A DNA stretch of 64,000 bases from Octopus bimaculoides (GCF_001194135.2 NC_068982.1:6812934-6876933), one strand, 5' to 3'. Positions 11,042 to 23,699 are shown, counted from the stretch's first letter. Made by a program: numbers and translations. Notes: generated by a model from the sequence alone, not told the origin.

Positions 11042-11345
11042 CCACTGCCTGGAATCGAACTCGGAATCTTAAGGTTAGTAGCCTGTGCTCTTAACCACTA
11101 GGCCATATGCCCATGCCCATAGGCATATGGCGTAGTGGTTAATAATAATAATGATGATGATAATAATAATAACATTGAAAAATACCTTAGGGATGAGATT
11201 CCAGGTTCGAAATTTCCCCAAGACACCTGATGAAGGCTGGAGGGTATATCAGCCGAAACGTTGTGTTAACAACAAACAAGATGAGGACAAAATCTGTCAA
11301 ATGTAAATAATGTACACAATTCCTCATCTCTTGAATATAGAACTG
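10886..11345. mobile_element. Family A fold-back element, copy 2
   Basis: Reverse head 11038-11110, centre GCCATATGCCC..GGCATATGGC, intact forward hammerhead, complete end TATAGAACTG; 20-bp TSD GAACTGAAAAC(T/C)TTATGATT at 10866-10885 / 11340-11359. Confidence 0.9.
11222..11267 (+). ncRNA. Minimal type I hammerhead ribozyme (family A), core intact
   Basis: GACAC-CUGAUGA-A-GGCUG gagggtatat CAGCC-GAA-ACGU-U-GUGUU. Stem I GACAC/GUGUU, stem II GGCUG/CAGCC, palindromic ACGU stem III, predicted cleavage after U11262. Confidence 0.8.
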
Positions 11346-12066
11346 AAAACCTTATGATTATGAGCCAAACGCCCCTAACCTTCGAGCCACATGCCCTCAC
11401 TGAACCTGACTCCACAGAAAGTTTCATAACATGTGAAAATATGCTGATGAGGTGTACTTTTTGTCCTTGATTGTTGAGTATATTTTCTAAAGCTATTGTT
11501 TACAGAATGTACCCACCTCCAGCATAGGTAGTAACCATCTTTTACACCTTATTAGCAAACTAATGAAGGAGCCTCAAGGAATCGCTCAACTTGCAAGAAA
11601 TAGTCACCAAATCTCTTTTAAACATACTTCACCCTTGATAAAAGGAAAGACGTACTGGAGAATGTCTTCAGATGTTTAATAAAAGTATGATGACACGGTC
11701 ATGGTCTGAATGTTCAAATCATCATTTTGTGCAACCATGTGTGACATGGGGCTAATAGGAAAAAAAAAAAGGGGCAAATTTTTTTTAACATAATAATTGG
11801 AGAAATGCTTAGCACATTTGAGTTAAAATATATTAAGGTTGGAAAGTCACATATCCATACATTCTTACATTCATATCTTTCATTCATTTTTCATGTTAGC
11901 ATGGGTTGGCTGACTACTTACTATCAAGGCATTATTTTACAGCTACATGCCCTTCTTGTCACTTAGTATTAGCCATTTTTTTGAGAAAGTGTATTTTTAT
12001 TCCATTTGTCTTTGAAAGATTAAAGCGACCACCAATTTTGCTCAAACGTTTTCATGCAAAGACATT

Positions 12067-12281
12067 CTCTTTTACTCTTTTACTTGTTTCAGTCATTTGA
12101 CTGTGGCCATGCTGGAGCACCACCTTTAGTCAAGCAAATCGACCCCAGGACTTATTCTTTGTAAGCCTAGTACTTATTCTAGCGGTCTCTTTTGCCGAAC
12201 CGCTAAGTTACGGGCATGTAAACACACCAGCATCAGTTGTCAAGCGATGTTGGGGGGACAAACACAGACACACAAACATAT

Positions 12282-12326
<45 letters not shown>

Positions 12327-12467
12327 TACGATGGTCTTCTTTCAGTTTCAGTCTACCAAATGGCCCGAGGCTACTGTAGAAGACACTTGCCCAAGGTGCC
12401 ACGCAGTGGGACTGAACCCGGAACCATGTGGCTGGTAAGCAAGCTACTTACAACACAGCCACTCCTT
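12067..12467 (-). mobile_element. SINE family 1 (OR-like)
   Basis: Same head, body and tail as the 9345 copy; small internal deletion. Confidence 0.85.
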
Positions 12468-14285
12468 CACACACGTACTTGCATGCACACACATACAAAC
12501 AAACAATTAGGCTTTCATATGGGTTCCATTCCTTGATCCCATTCCCAAAGCTCTGGTAGAAGACACTTGCCCAAAGTGCCTGATTGTAAAGCAAAGCTCA
12601 AAAGCCATGTGGTTATAAAGCAAACTCCATATCTATGCAGCCATGCTGATTGTTAAATTATGTATATATGCTTATGAACATCAATTTCTGTCGTAGCTCA
12701 ACCCCAGATCACCTTTAATCGAGCAGACCCCTAATGAAAGATAATCTAGCTACGTTCTGGCACAGTGCAGCTAACACAACATTATCCTATGTGTCTTTGT
12801 ATTCTAAGACATTTCACTGTTATGTGAGGGGTATTCCACTGCTATTTTTAGCAATCTAAACAACAATGTAGAGGAACCTTTGTTTGGTTGAACGAACATT
12901 ACTCTTTTATCTGTTCCAGCCTGTCATCTGTGGCCATGCTGGAACCCTGCCATTTTTAGTGTATATCTTTGCCATTATGCTATCAGATGTTTTCTAACAT
13001 CCTTAACATTTTATCAGGTTTGCTTATTACCCAATAAATCATTAACTGCTGTTCATATTAAAATGCAATCCTTTGTGTAGTTCTCATATGATCAATACAA
13101 TGAAATAATTGAACTGAAGGATTTACATCTATGCTCCAGAGCTTTAAACCGTACTGACATTTCAGAGACTTGCATGAATGCTTGATCCAGAAATGTTATG
13201 GCTACAAGTCAATTTTGAACCCAGTCACTCAACATCAAAGCTGTTGTTAGTTACACATGCACACAGACTAATATGCTTTTAGCAGAACATGACTCTTTGA
13301 TCTGTTAATATCGTAACAAATCATTCACCTGTCTCATATGTTAAATTCTTTTAGAGAATTTCATTTTAAGAGACAGATCTCCCTACATTTCTGTAACTAG
13401 GTTGAAAAAGCATCTAAAAATTTGGAAGTAAATGAGATTTCTTATGTCAAATAAAAATAAAACATCCTAATCAGTCAATGTATGATTCCCTGCCTTGATT
13501 TGAACATCAATATTTTCAAGTAATGTTTCTGCTTTACTGACTGTTAATTCTCATATCTATTATAAATTTAGTCTTTCGGAACCAACTTTTTCGACCATTT
13601 TTAGGAAAATTGTTCCAAAAGTGCAACACCATAGAGATAGAAAAACAGAGAGAGAGAGAGAGAGAGAGGAATGTAATTATATATAAAGTCTGGTTATATG
13701 AAAATAATCTTTACACCAGTAATCACAAGAAAGATATGTACGGCAAAAAAGGTTATGATGAAATTAAATGAAGTAGTCACTATTGAATTGACACACTCTA
13801 GGCACACACACACACACACGCACACACACACACACCACCCAGTTATATATGAATGAATAGCAGAATGGAAGATATTTGAGAATGACGATATAATCAATAG
13901 ATGGCCAGAGTTCACAATACTTTTGTATAAGTTGTCTATTTTTGCAGCTGCACTCTATACAAAATGTTAATGACCCCTTTTCTTGAGATTTCTTGATTGT
14001 CCCTTGGAAAAGAAGGACAATCAGTAAAGTGAATATATTTCTCGACGAACAAGATATTTCTCCTCTGTCAAACACAGCAAAAGATTGCTCCAATTTAATA
14101 TTGTGTGTCTGCGTTTGATTATACTCACACATACATGCATGCATGCAGACACACAGACAGACACACTGGCATTTCGTTGGTTACAAAAATGAGGGTTCCA
14201 GTTGATCCAATCAATGGAACAGCCTGCTCAGGAAATTAATGTGCAAGTAGCAGACCATTCCACAGATACTCTTACCTTTAATGTA

Positions 14286-15511
14286 TCAGGTCATCCCATA
14301 AGTTCTGTCCGATTTTACCTTTTTCAAAATTGAATAAAATTTAATAGTATCTTAGAATGTCTAATGGAATTAAAAATTATTTTTATGCATTTGTGTACAT
14401 TTAAACTAATTAAACATTATTTTACAGAATAATAGAATTAAAATTCCTTTGATTAAAACCCTTTCTAAGATGGAAGTATCCAAAGAGCATTTAAGGTACA
14501 ATGCTTTATGAGTGCAAAAAAGGAAACTCTGCAGCCGAAGCGACTCGAAACATACACTCATTTTATGGGAAAGAATGCTCGAATGAAAGAACTTGCAGAA
14601 GATGGTTTGCAAAATTCAGAAGTGGAGATTTCAGCCTTGAAGATGAAGATCGAACAGGACGTCCNNNNNNNNNNNNNNNNNNNNNNNNNNNNNNNNNNNN
14701 NNNNNNNNNNNNNNNNNNNNNNNNNNNNNNNNNNNNNNNNNNNNNNNNNNNNNNNNNNNNNNNNNNNNNNNNNNNNNNNNNNNNNNNNNNNNNNNGTTCA
14801 TTGTCATCTTCAACAACTTGGAAAGGTTCCTAAACTTGGAAAATGGGTGCCTCGTGAATTGTCCGAAAGCAACCGCAAATTTCGAGTTGACATCTGCTCT
14901 TCTCTCCATTCTCGTGAACTCATTTCACCCTTTTAGGATAGACTTGTGACTGGTGACAGAAAATGGATCTTCTATTGAAATGTTAAATGTTGTAAACAGT
15001 GGCTTGGTAAAAGGGAAAAGCTCAACCACAACCGAGAAGGGAACTTCATGGGAAAAAGGTTCTTCCCTATATCTGGAGGGATTGCAAAGGAGTAATTCAC
15101 TTTGAATTGTTACCACCTAATGCAACAATCAATGCTCAAGTCTACTGTCAGCAATTAGAGCATTTGATCCAAGCTCTGAAGAAAAAAAGACCTGCTTTAG
15201 TGAATCGAAAAGGAGTGATGTTTCATCAGGACAATGTGCAACCCCACACTGCAAAGATCACATCACAGAAGATCGAAGAGCTTGTTTGGGAAAAAATTCT
15301 TCATCCACTTTATTCTCCTTCAGAATACCATTTTCTTCATAGTTTACAGAATCAGTTGGTGGACATAACTTTCGCAAGCCAGGAGGAGGTCGAAACTGAC
15401 ATTTCAGAGTTCTTCGCTTCGAAACCAAAAGAGTTTTACATTGATGGGATTAAAAAGCTTGTAAATAGATGGAAGGAAGTCATAGATAATCAGGGAAAGT
15501 ACATTGATGAT
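14286..15511 (+). mobile_element. Mariner transposon, dead; right TIR not seen
   Basis: TA|TCAGGTCATCCCATAAGTTCTGTCCG left TIR followed by a transposase relic. Confidence 0.9.
14470..15511 (+). pseudogene. Mariner DD34D transposase pseudogene (frameshifts, stop, gap)
   Basis: HTH GNSAAEATRNI..RTCRRWFAKFRSGDFSLED; WVPREL; VTGDRKW; HQDNVQPH; YSPSEYHF (PDLA deleted); C-terminus KKLVNRWKEVIDNQGKY. Confidence 0.92.
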
Positions 15512-16159
15512 TGTAGATATACTATTTTTTGAGGACTGGTAACTAAAACCACAAGATATGATGTTAGTCACCTTCAGTTGCAGTGAATACATTGCCTATC
15601 ACCGACTTTACTGCCAAATAAGCGTCATCTTCTGGCATTCATTGGTAAGCTTGCTGAAAATATGTAGCAGAGTGTGCTACTTAGGATGTTATATAAAAGT
15701 TTGGAAGTAAATTAGGGGCAGTTCCTATCTACCTTTATAATAAGTGGAATATTGCAGAATAACTACCAAGTTACAACTTACAACTATTTACTCTCAAATC
15801 CCTTATCATAGATGTATGAAACCAAATGCTGCAGATAAACTTTTTATTCTGGCAGACAATCCTTCTACTACACTTTGTGCTTAAAATATATTTAAAAAAT
15901 AAATCTTTCAGTGTTTTTCATTAACTAAGGCACTTGGGTACTCAATTTAGTAAATAGTGGCTGAGTATAGAAATATGTTCTATTAATGAAATTCTAAAAC
16001 TGAGGCAGCAAAACACAGTGTGTGAGAAGGCTAGGTCTTTGTCTTACAGATGCAATCCATCCAGAAGACATGCTTACAGTATCAAGCTACTCAATTCTAT
16101 TCACAAGATTCAGGGTGGCTTGAGGCTATAGGTAAAAGAAAATTTGTTCAATGGAAATG

Positions 16160-16581
16160 GGCTGTGCGTGAGAAGACCCGGCAAGCCAAGTAAGATCGTT
16201 GCCAGTGCCCCTGGACTGATTCTTGTGCGGGTGGCACATGAGATGCACCATTTTGAGCGTGGCCGTTGCCAGTACCGCCTGACTGGCTCCTGTAGGATTT
16301 TCGAGCGAGATCGTTGCCAGTGCCCCTGGACTGGCTTGTGCGGGTGGCACATAAAAGACACCATTTCGAGCGTGGCCGTTTTCGTGCGGGTGACACGTAA
16401 AAGCACCCACTACACTCTCTGAGTGGTTGGCGTTAGGAAGGGCATCCAGCTGTAGAAACTCTGCCAAATCAGACTGGAGCCTGGTGTTGCCATCCGGTTT
16501 CACCAGTCCTCAGTCAAATCGTCCAACCCATGCTAGCATGGAAAGCGGACGTTAAACGATGATGATGATGATGATGATGAT
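16160..16581 (+). mobile_element. RTE-type LINE 3' UTR/tail with internal subrepeats, young copy
   Basis: GGCGTTAGGAAGGGCATCCAGCTGTAGAAA...CCAACCCATGCTAGCATGGAAAGCGGACGTTAAAC(GAT)n. Confidence 0.8.
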
Positions 16582-19087
16582 ACCACACACTAGGATCAAA
16601 CCCAGGACTTCATGATTGCAAAGCAAACTTTTGGAGCAATCAGGCACACTGTTTCCACATTGTAAAGATGTCACTATTTATAAACCTGCACATTTAGATA
16701 ACAAGGAAAATATTCATAAGAAAAAAGACTAAAATAATCTGGCTCAACCTGTTTGATGGTTGAAGAATTACTGAAGAATTTTGAAGAGAATATACTGCAG
16801 GCTTCTGGAAAGATAAGAACTCTCTTTTAAAGGTGGGCACAATTGTTATTAGCTATACTAAAATTTCACTGCTTAGAGAAATGAATTTTCCAGTGGTCCA
16901 ATTTATAATTATGATTCCACTACGAAGGTCACAATTTACTCACATGCAGCATCTTTCAATGCTTGTCACTAATCTAATTCAGTTCTTAAACAAATTAAAA
17001 ACTGTTAACATTTTCGAAGAGGACTGGTCCCTAACAACATTTTGGCATAAAAAATACATTGAGATTTGATACAGCAGAAAAATGCTTATATCAAAATTTG
17101 TAGCGACGTTATAGGAGAGTAAGTAACACCACCAATCAAGTTTAGATCTAAATAACTTTTTTTATTTCAAAAACAAAATATATTTATTTTAGCTTCAATG
17201 ATAGAAGAAAGCATGAAGGATTTCACAGTTTTGGTTTCATGCAACAAGAAGTTGTCTTAAAACAGTTGTGAGGTAAAATATCATGAAAAAAATATAATAT
17301 GTATATGAATAAATGGCAACAGTCACGACAGGTGAAATTCCAGAAAAATATAGGATTGATTAACTCTTGACCATATTTATTTATGAGCCTTTTATTATGG
17401 TAACTTATTTTCTATCTATAATCAATGATGAATATTTGTAAAGTAATCTTGTATTTTTTTTTGTGGAGCCTATGTTGTCTGCTGGGCAGACCATACAATT
17501 AAATTAAAGAATTTTATTTAAACTGAAAGCTCAGTAAATATCGGAAAATTAGAAGTCATCATTTTTAAGAATTTAAACTCATAGAACTATACAAGGAAGC
17601 TACTAGAAATAGGAGATAACTTTCCATCAAATCACACTCAACTGTCTTAGGAAAAAAAAAAGGTACACATTGGATAATGGGGTCCTAAATACAGTGTATC
17701 TGAAAAATAAGAAAGATTGGATGGTCACCACTAGAATACCATTTAATCATAAGTTTGCTGACCTGGGGCTAAATAACCACGTAGCCATCAAGTCTTTTGG
17801 CTAGCAATATAATTTTCAATTTGATTTACTGCTATTATTTCAATGATTGCATGATAAGCTATTTCATTTATTACATGGTTTCGAGATCAACAACCAAATA
17901 ATACACTGCTAACCTTTTTACTTCATTAAGTAATTTAAAAAAAAAAAAAAAAATGATTTCTAGTATTGCTTTATTTAAGATCAATATTTAAGATTATTAT
18001 TTGAAATCAACATTCGAGGTCATTCAGTGATAAAAGCCATCAGGTATATGTCAGATTATTCTTCATCCATTTTTACACCATTAATTTTACCACTTTCCTA
18101 CGACCGGATCAATAATTTTGTTTTTATGCTCTTTTGCCTATTTGTTATTTATTGGAAGTGTTTTGGTCGGTTTGTTCTGTAGTTCCCCACTCTTGCCAGA
18201 TTTTATATAGTTATTAGAGCATGTAGTTTTCCTGATGTTCAAAAAACGAAAGAAAAAAACAACACTCATACTAAAGGAAATTTTATGAATTCATAAAAAC
18301 TACTGATCTGATACCATTCCGAAACCTAAACAATTGTTTCATCTTCCAATCTTTTTCTCCACCCACACCCCGATCTTTCCCATTTTCTCTCACTCTCTTT
18401 CTCTCCCTCCCTCTCCCCCCCCCCCCCATCTTTCTTTGCTTCAGCACTTTCTATTTCTTGTAAGATTGTAGTAATTGCTTCATTCTAATGGGGTCATGAT
18501 AAATAATATATGATTATTCTGGTGATAATCTGTCTTGAATTTATATATGTATTTGTTTCATAGTTCTCTCTCTCTAATTCCCACTTAAGTGAGTCAAAAG
18601 TAATAATAATAATAACAATAATAACAATAATAATAATAATAGTAACAAAAAAACATAGAAAGGAAAATATGCATTTTGAATATTAACATAATTTACATTG
18701 ACATATGGAAAGAGATGTTGCCTTGTTTTCTGGGGATTTTGAATTCGTTTATGTATTGATCTCACTTTGGAATAGAAACAGCAATCCAGCTTCGGAATAA
18801 AAAGCAAAATATTGTAATTTCTGTATGCAAGAATAATATTTGTTGCCTTGCTGAGACTAAAAAGGTTTTAATGACACAGAAACATATTTTGGGAATATAA
18901 CCAAAATTTAAATATATATTGGGTAGCTTAAATTTATGCAGGACATGTGTTCTGGCTAAGTCTGCGATATAAGTGGTATTCAAATGTTATACACCAGGCT
19001 TTTCATTCAGGTTGAGTTAACCGTGCCTGTAAACTGAATTTTGCCCAGTTTGTCAGTCTCCCAAACCCAAAACATAATACACGTTAA

Positions 19088-19334
19088 CCCCTTCATGTCG
19101 ATCATCTGTTTAAACTGACACTTAATTTTACAAGGGTATAAAACAAATACTTGATACAAATTGTGATTTGTGTATGATCTGTATCAAAGAATGAAACATA
19201 TTCTTAACGCATATGCAGTCTGCATTAAACAGATTTCAATGAAATTTTTTCCAGTTGTTATTTAGGTCAAAACAGTAGTATCTGTGAATTTTCAGGCAAT
19301 TTCATTCACTAGAAAAAATTTCGGCATGAATGGG
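19088..19334. mobile_element. piggyBac-type MITE
   Basis: TTAA|CCCCTTCATGTCGA...TCGGCATGAATGGG|TTAA. Confidence 0.75.
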
Positions 19335-20269
19335 TTAAGGAAGCAAGCATTTAAACTGGTTATATCCAGCCCAAATATTCTGCTTTGATAGTGTGCTGGT
19401 GTATCTCAAACAAAATTGCTGGAGTTTAGTAAGGTTACAGGGTAACGCTGTTAGTAGAAAGGGTGGGGACAAAGATGGGAGGAAATAAAATGAAAATGAA
19501 ACTAAAATTCCTCAAGGCACTGCCCCAGCATGGCCACAGTCTAATGACTGAAATAAATAAAAGATAACAGAGAGAAGATATAAAGATAATGTAGTGTTCG
19601 ATCCATTAAGTTAGAATAAAACAGTGTGGTCATGGCTGGAATGTCTTTGATTATAAGTCAACTCAAATAGCACTGACTTAAGGCCAAACAACAACAACCT
19701 TGTACGCACATTCACTAACCTGCAATAATGCAATTTGCCATTATCTGTATTAATCTTCCAATTGAAAATTGGCATTACATCAATTCACATGGAGTTCATA
19801 GTGATAGTGGTAGCATTTTTAATGTAACCATTTCACTGGGAAAAAAAGATAAATGCAGTCAGAAAGTTTTCATCTATGATTGAGTATTGTAAAAAGTCAT
19901 TTGGTTATGTACATGATATATCACTTTGTGTATTCTGCCAAAATTTATTTCAAATACACCAACAGATACAGAACAAACTGTTATGTAATATGTTTTGTAC
20001 ATGATATATTATTTTTCTTATCCTGTCAATATTCATTTTAAATGTACCAATAGATAAATTATTGTTATGTAATATATTTTGATGATTTAAAAATATTTTG
20101 TCAAACAATAAATACAAGTTCATTTTATACATATGGCAAGAATTTTGATACAGCTATAAATCATCTGAAGATCAAGTCTAAAAGCTACTTTCAATTTACA
20201 CTTAGCATTATTTCTCTTATAGCATTAAGCTACTCCATGTAGGAGTAGAACTCAGCACCATGTGTTTAA

Positions 20270-20490
20270 CCATTTTCTTACTGTATTTCTGTTGAGATGC
20301 TCTGTGTTTCATTCAATTACTTTAAATATAACAAAGAATTTAGTAAAATAACTTAGTTATCATTCAGCTAGTGTTAGGAACATAAACTGTGACTAAGGTT
20401 TGGTGGCAGATTTTAATTTAGAACTCATGAAAACAAGACATTTGTACTACAGAGCCAGAGGCGGTTTCAGGTTGGTTAGTTTCAAAAGAA
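20270..20490 (+). mobile_element. piggyBac-type MITE, decayed copy
   Basis: Similar along its length to 20640-20859; termini eroded. Confidence 0.7.
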
Positions 20491-20639
20491 TTATACACAC
20501 CTCTACATTTGGACAGATGTACATTAGAACCAGTTGGAAGGGTGTGGATTGAAGGAAATTTAAGCTATTATTTCTAGCATATAAACTGACCACATTGAGA
20601 TCTCCTCTCATGTCTTCTGCTTATTATTTTTCTTCTTAA

Positions 20640-20859
20640 CCCTTTTGTTACCATGTTTCTCTTGAAATAATCTGTGTTTCTTTCAATTACTTTAAATATA
20701 ACAAATAATTTAGTAAAATAACTTAGTTATCATTCAGCTAGTGTTAGGAACATAAATTGTGACTAAGGTTTGGTGGAAGATTTTAATTCATAACTTTTGC
20801 AAACAAGACATTTGTACTCAGAGCCAGAACTGGTTTCAGCCAGGTTGGTAACAAAAGGG
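20640..20859 (+). mobile_element. piggyBac-type MITE
   Basis: TTAA|CCCTTTTGTTACC...GGTAACAAAAGGG|TTAA. Confidence 0.85.
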
Positions 20860-21126
20860 TTAAAAGACATTTTAGTGTACTTATTATGTTGAGTTATTCA
20901 ACTGTAAAGTATCTGCAGACAAGAATCACTTGGACTGCAAGAAATAGCAGCCAAATCTCTCTGAAATCACACTCTTAGAATAGAAACCTTTAGACAATGT
21001 AGTCTAGAATTACCTGCATTTGAGAAAAAGACAAGATTTCAAGGATGGACAGTCACCGATCATGATGTGTTCAATTTGAGCATGAAAAAAAAAAAGAAAT
21101 AACTAGGAAAAAAATACTTTTCTAAA

Positions 21127-21415
21127 TCATCATCATCATCATCATCATCATTGTTTAACGTCCATTTTCCATGCTGGCATGGGTTGGACGGACTGACTGA
21201 GGTCTGGAGAGCCAGAAGGCTGCACCAGGCTCCAGTCTGATCTGGCAATGTTTCTACAGTTGGATGCCCTTCCTAACACCAACCACCCTGAGAGTGTAGC
21301 GGGTGCTTTTTATGTTCCACCAGCACAGGAGCCAGTCAGGTGGTCCTAGCATCAATCACGTTCATGCCACCAACACCGGAGCCAGTCAGGGGACACTGGC
21401 ATCAACTATTCATTT
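21127..21415 (-). mobile_element. RTE-type 3' tail
   Basis: (CAT)n-GTTTAACGTCC...GGATGCCCTTCCTAAC motif. Confidence 0.8.
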
Positions 21416-21426
21416 AGATAATACCT

Positions 21427-21826
21427 CTCTTTTTACTCTTTTACTCTTTTACTTGTTTCAGTCTTTTGACTGTGGCCATGTTGGAGCACCACCTTTAGTC
21501 GAGCAAATCAACCCCAGGACTTATTCATTAGAAGACTAGTATTTTTTCTATCAGTCTCTTTTGCTGAACCGCTACATTACGGGGACATAAACACACCAGC
21601 ATCGGTTGTCAAGCGATGTTGGGGGGACAAACACAGACACACAAACACACATATATACATATACATATACACGACGGGCTTCTTTCAGTTTCCGTCTACC
21701 AAATCCACTCACAAGGCTTTGGTCGGCCCGAGGCTATAGTAGACACTTGCCCAAGATGCCACGCAGTGGGACTGAACCCGGGACCATGTGGTTGGTAAGC
21801 AAGCTACTTACCACATAGCCACTCCT
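21427..21826 (-). mobile_element. SINE family 1 (OR-like); 5' end tandemly duplicated to ~21878
   Basis: Full head, body and tail; ~40-bp duplication of the head start. Confidence 0.85.
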
Positions 21827-22045
21827 ACGCCTACGTGGTAAGCAAGCTACTTACCACATAGCCACTCCTACGCCTACTCTCATCTCTATAGGAATTATTT
21901 TAATTGAGGATAAATTGTTGGTTTACTACAGAGGATTCTTGCACATATATTATTTACAGCTTCCTTGAAAAGCCATTAAGAGTTGAGTGATTCAACATTG
22001 GACACAGTGCACTAACAATAATAGACATTTTATCTCTTGATCCTT

Positions 22046-22195
22046 TATATTATTTACATTATTTACATTTGATGGATATTTGTCCTCATCTTGTTTGTTG
22101 TTAACACAACGTTTTGGCTGATATACCCTCCAGCCTTCATCAAGTGTTTTGGGGAAATTTCGAACCTAGGTTCTCATTCCTAAGGTATTTTTTGA

Positions 22196-22237
<42 letters not shown>

Positions 22238-22331
22238 CATTATTATTATTCATGTCACTGCGTGGAATCGAACTTGGAATCTTGGGGTTAGTAGCCCACG
22301 CTCTTAACCACTACGCCCTATGCCTGTGGGC

Positions 22332-22381
<50 letters not shown>

Positions 22382-22564
22382 TCGAAAAATACCTTAAGAA
22401 TGAGAACCGAGGTTCGAAATTTCCCCAAGACACCTGATGAAGGCTGGAGGGTATATCAGCCGAAGCGTTGTGTTAAAAAACAACAAGATGAGGACAAACA
22501 TCCGTCACATGTAAATAATGTACATAATGTACATAATTCCTTATCTCTTAAATACAAAACTGTA
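22046..22564. mobile_element. Family A fold-back element, copy 3
   Basis: Both hammerhead arms present but point-mutated; reverse head complete, forward head deleted after GGGCATA; TSD not clear. Confidence 0.9.
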
Positions 22565-22675
22565 TTATCTTAATACTCTCTAAACATCTTCTCTCTCTAT
22601 ACTTTGGAAAATGGGTATCTATCATACTTCACATTTCCAGTAACAGTTGTCTGTATTGCCTGCAAAAATATACTT

Positions 22676-23520
22676 AGTAGCTTGCTTACCCAAACACATG
22701 GTCCTGGGTTCAGTCCCACTGCGTGGCACCTTGGGCAAGTGTCTTCTACTATAGCTTCGGGCTGACCAAAGCCTTGTGAGTGGATATGGTAGACGGAAAC
22801 TGGAAGAAGCTCGTCATCATCATCATCATCATCATCGTTTAACGTCCGCTTTCCATGCTAGCATGGGTTGGACGATTTGACTGAGGACTGGTGAAACCGG
22901 ATGGCAACACCAGGCTCCAGTCTGATTTGGCAGAGTTTCTACAGCTGGATGCCCTTCCTAACGCCAACCACTCAGAGAGTGTAGTGGGTGCTTTTACGTG
23001 TCACCCGCACGAAAACGGCCACGCTCGAAATGGTGTCTTTTATGTGCCACCCGCACAAGCCAGTCCAGGGGCACTGGCAACGATCTCGCTCGAAAATCCT
23101 ACAGGAGCCAGTCAGGCGGTACTGGCAACGGCCACGCTCAAAATGGTGCATCTCATGTGCCAACCGCACAAGAACCAGTCCAGGGGCACTGGCAACGATA
23201 TGTATATATATGTATATGTTTATGTATATATATGTATATGTATATGTATATGTATATATGTATATGTATATGTATATATATGTATATGTTTGTGTGTGTA
23301 TATGTTTGTGTGTTTGTGCTTGTCCCCCCCCCCAACATCGCTTGACAACCAATGCTGGTGTGTTTACGTCCCCATAACTTAGCGGTTCAGTAAAAGAGAC
23401 CGATAGAATAAGTACCAGGCTTACAAAGAATAAGCTCTGGGGTCGATTTGCTCAACTTAAAGGCGGTGCTCCAACATGGCCACAGTCAAATGACAGAAAC
23501 ATGTAAAAGAGTAAAAAGAG
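22676..23520 (+). mobile_element. SINE family 1 interrupted at its internal microsatellite by an RTE tail
   Basis: 5' part 22676-22813; 3' part ~23290-23520. Confidence 0.85.
22814..23199 (-). mobile_element. RTE-type 3' tail, near-identical inverted copy of 16195-16581
   Basis: Only two mismatches found by eye over ~385 bp. Confidence 0.85.
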
Positions 23521-23699
23521 TCAACCACAGATGAAGTATTATTCAAGCCATGTTTGTATTGACAAATTATCGTAGAACTAATAGAAAGTTAGTTTACACA
23601 GATTTTACAAAGTTAATGAATTATAACCATTGTAATACTGTAATATTTGACACTGATCACAATGATGATGGTGGTGTTGGTGGTGGTAGTGGTGGTGTT

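Larger units (their letters stand above)
10620..11400 (-). mobile_element. Old tRNA-derived SINE split between its A and B boxes by family A copy 2
   Basis: Minus-strand B-box-like AGTTCAATTC (10861-10870) and A-box-like GTGGCTCGAAGG (~11378-11389) lie either side of the insertion. Body has the TTGAGCAAGACACTTT motif. Confidence 0.5.

Noticed and set aside
16110-23382. Repeated 100-160 aa ORFs (MKPDGNTRLQ... etc.)
   Set aside because: Chance frames on both strands of the non-coding RTE 3' UTR; identical because the DNA copies are near-identical.
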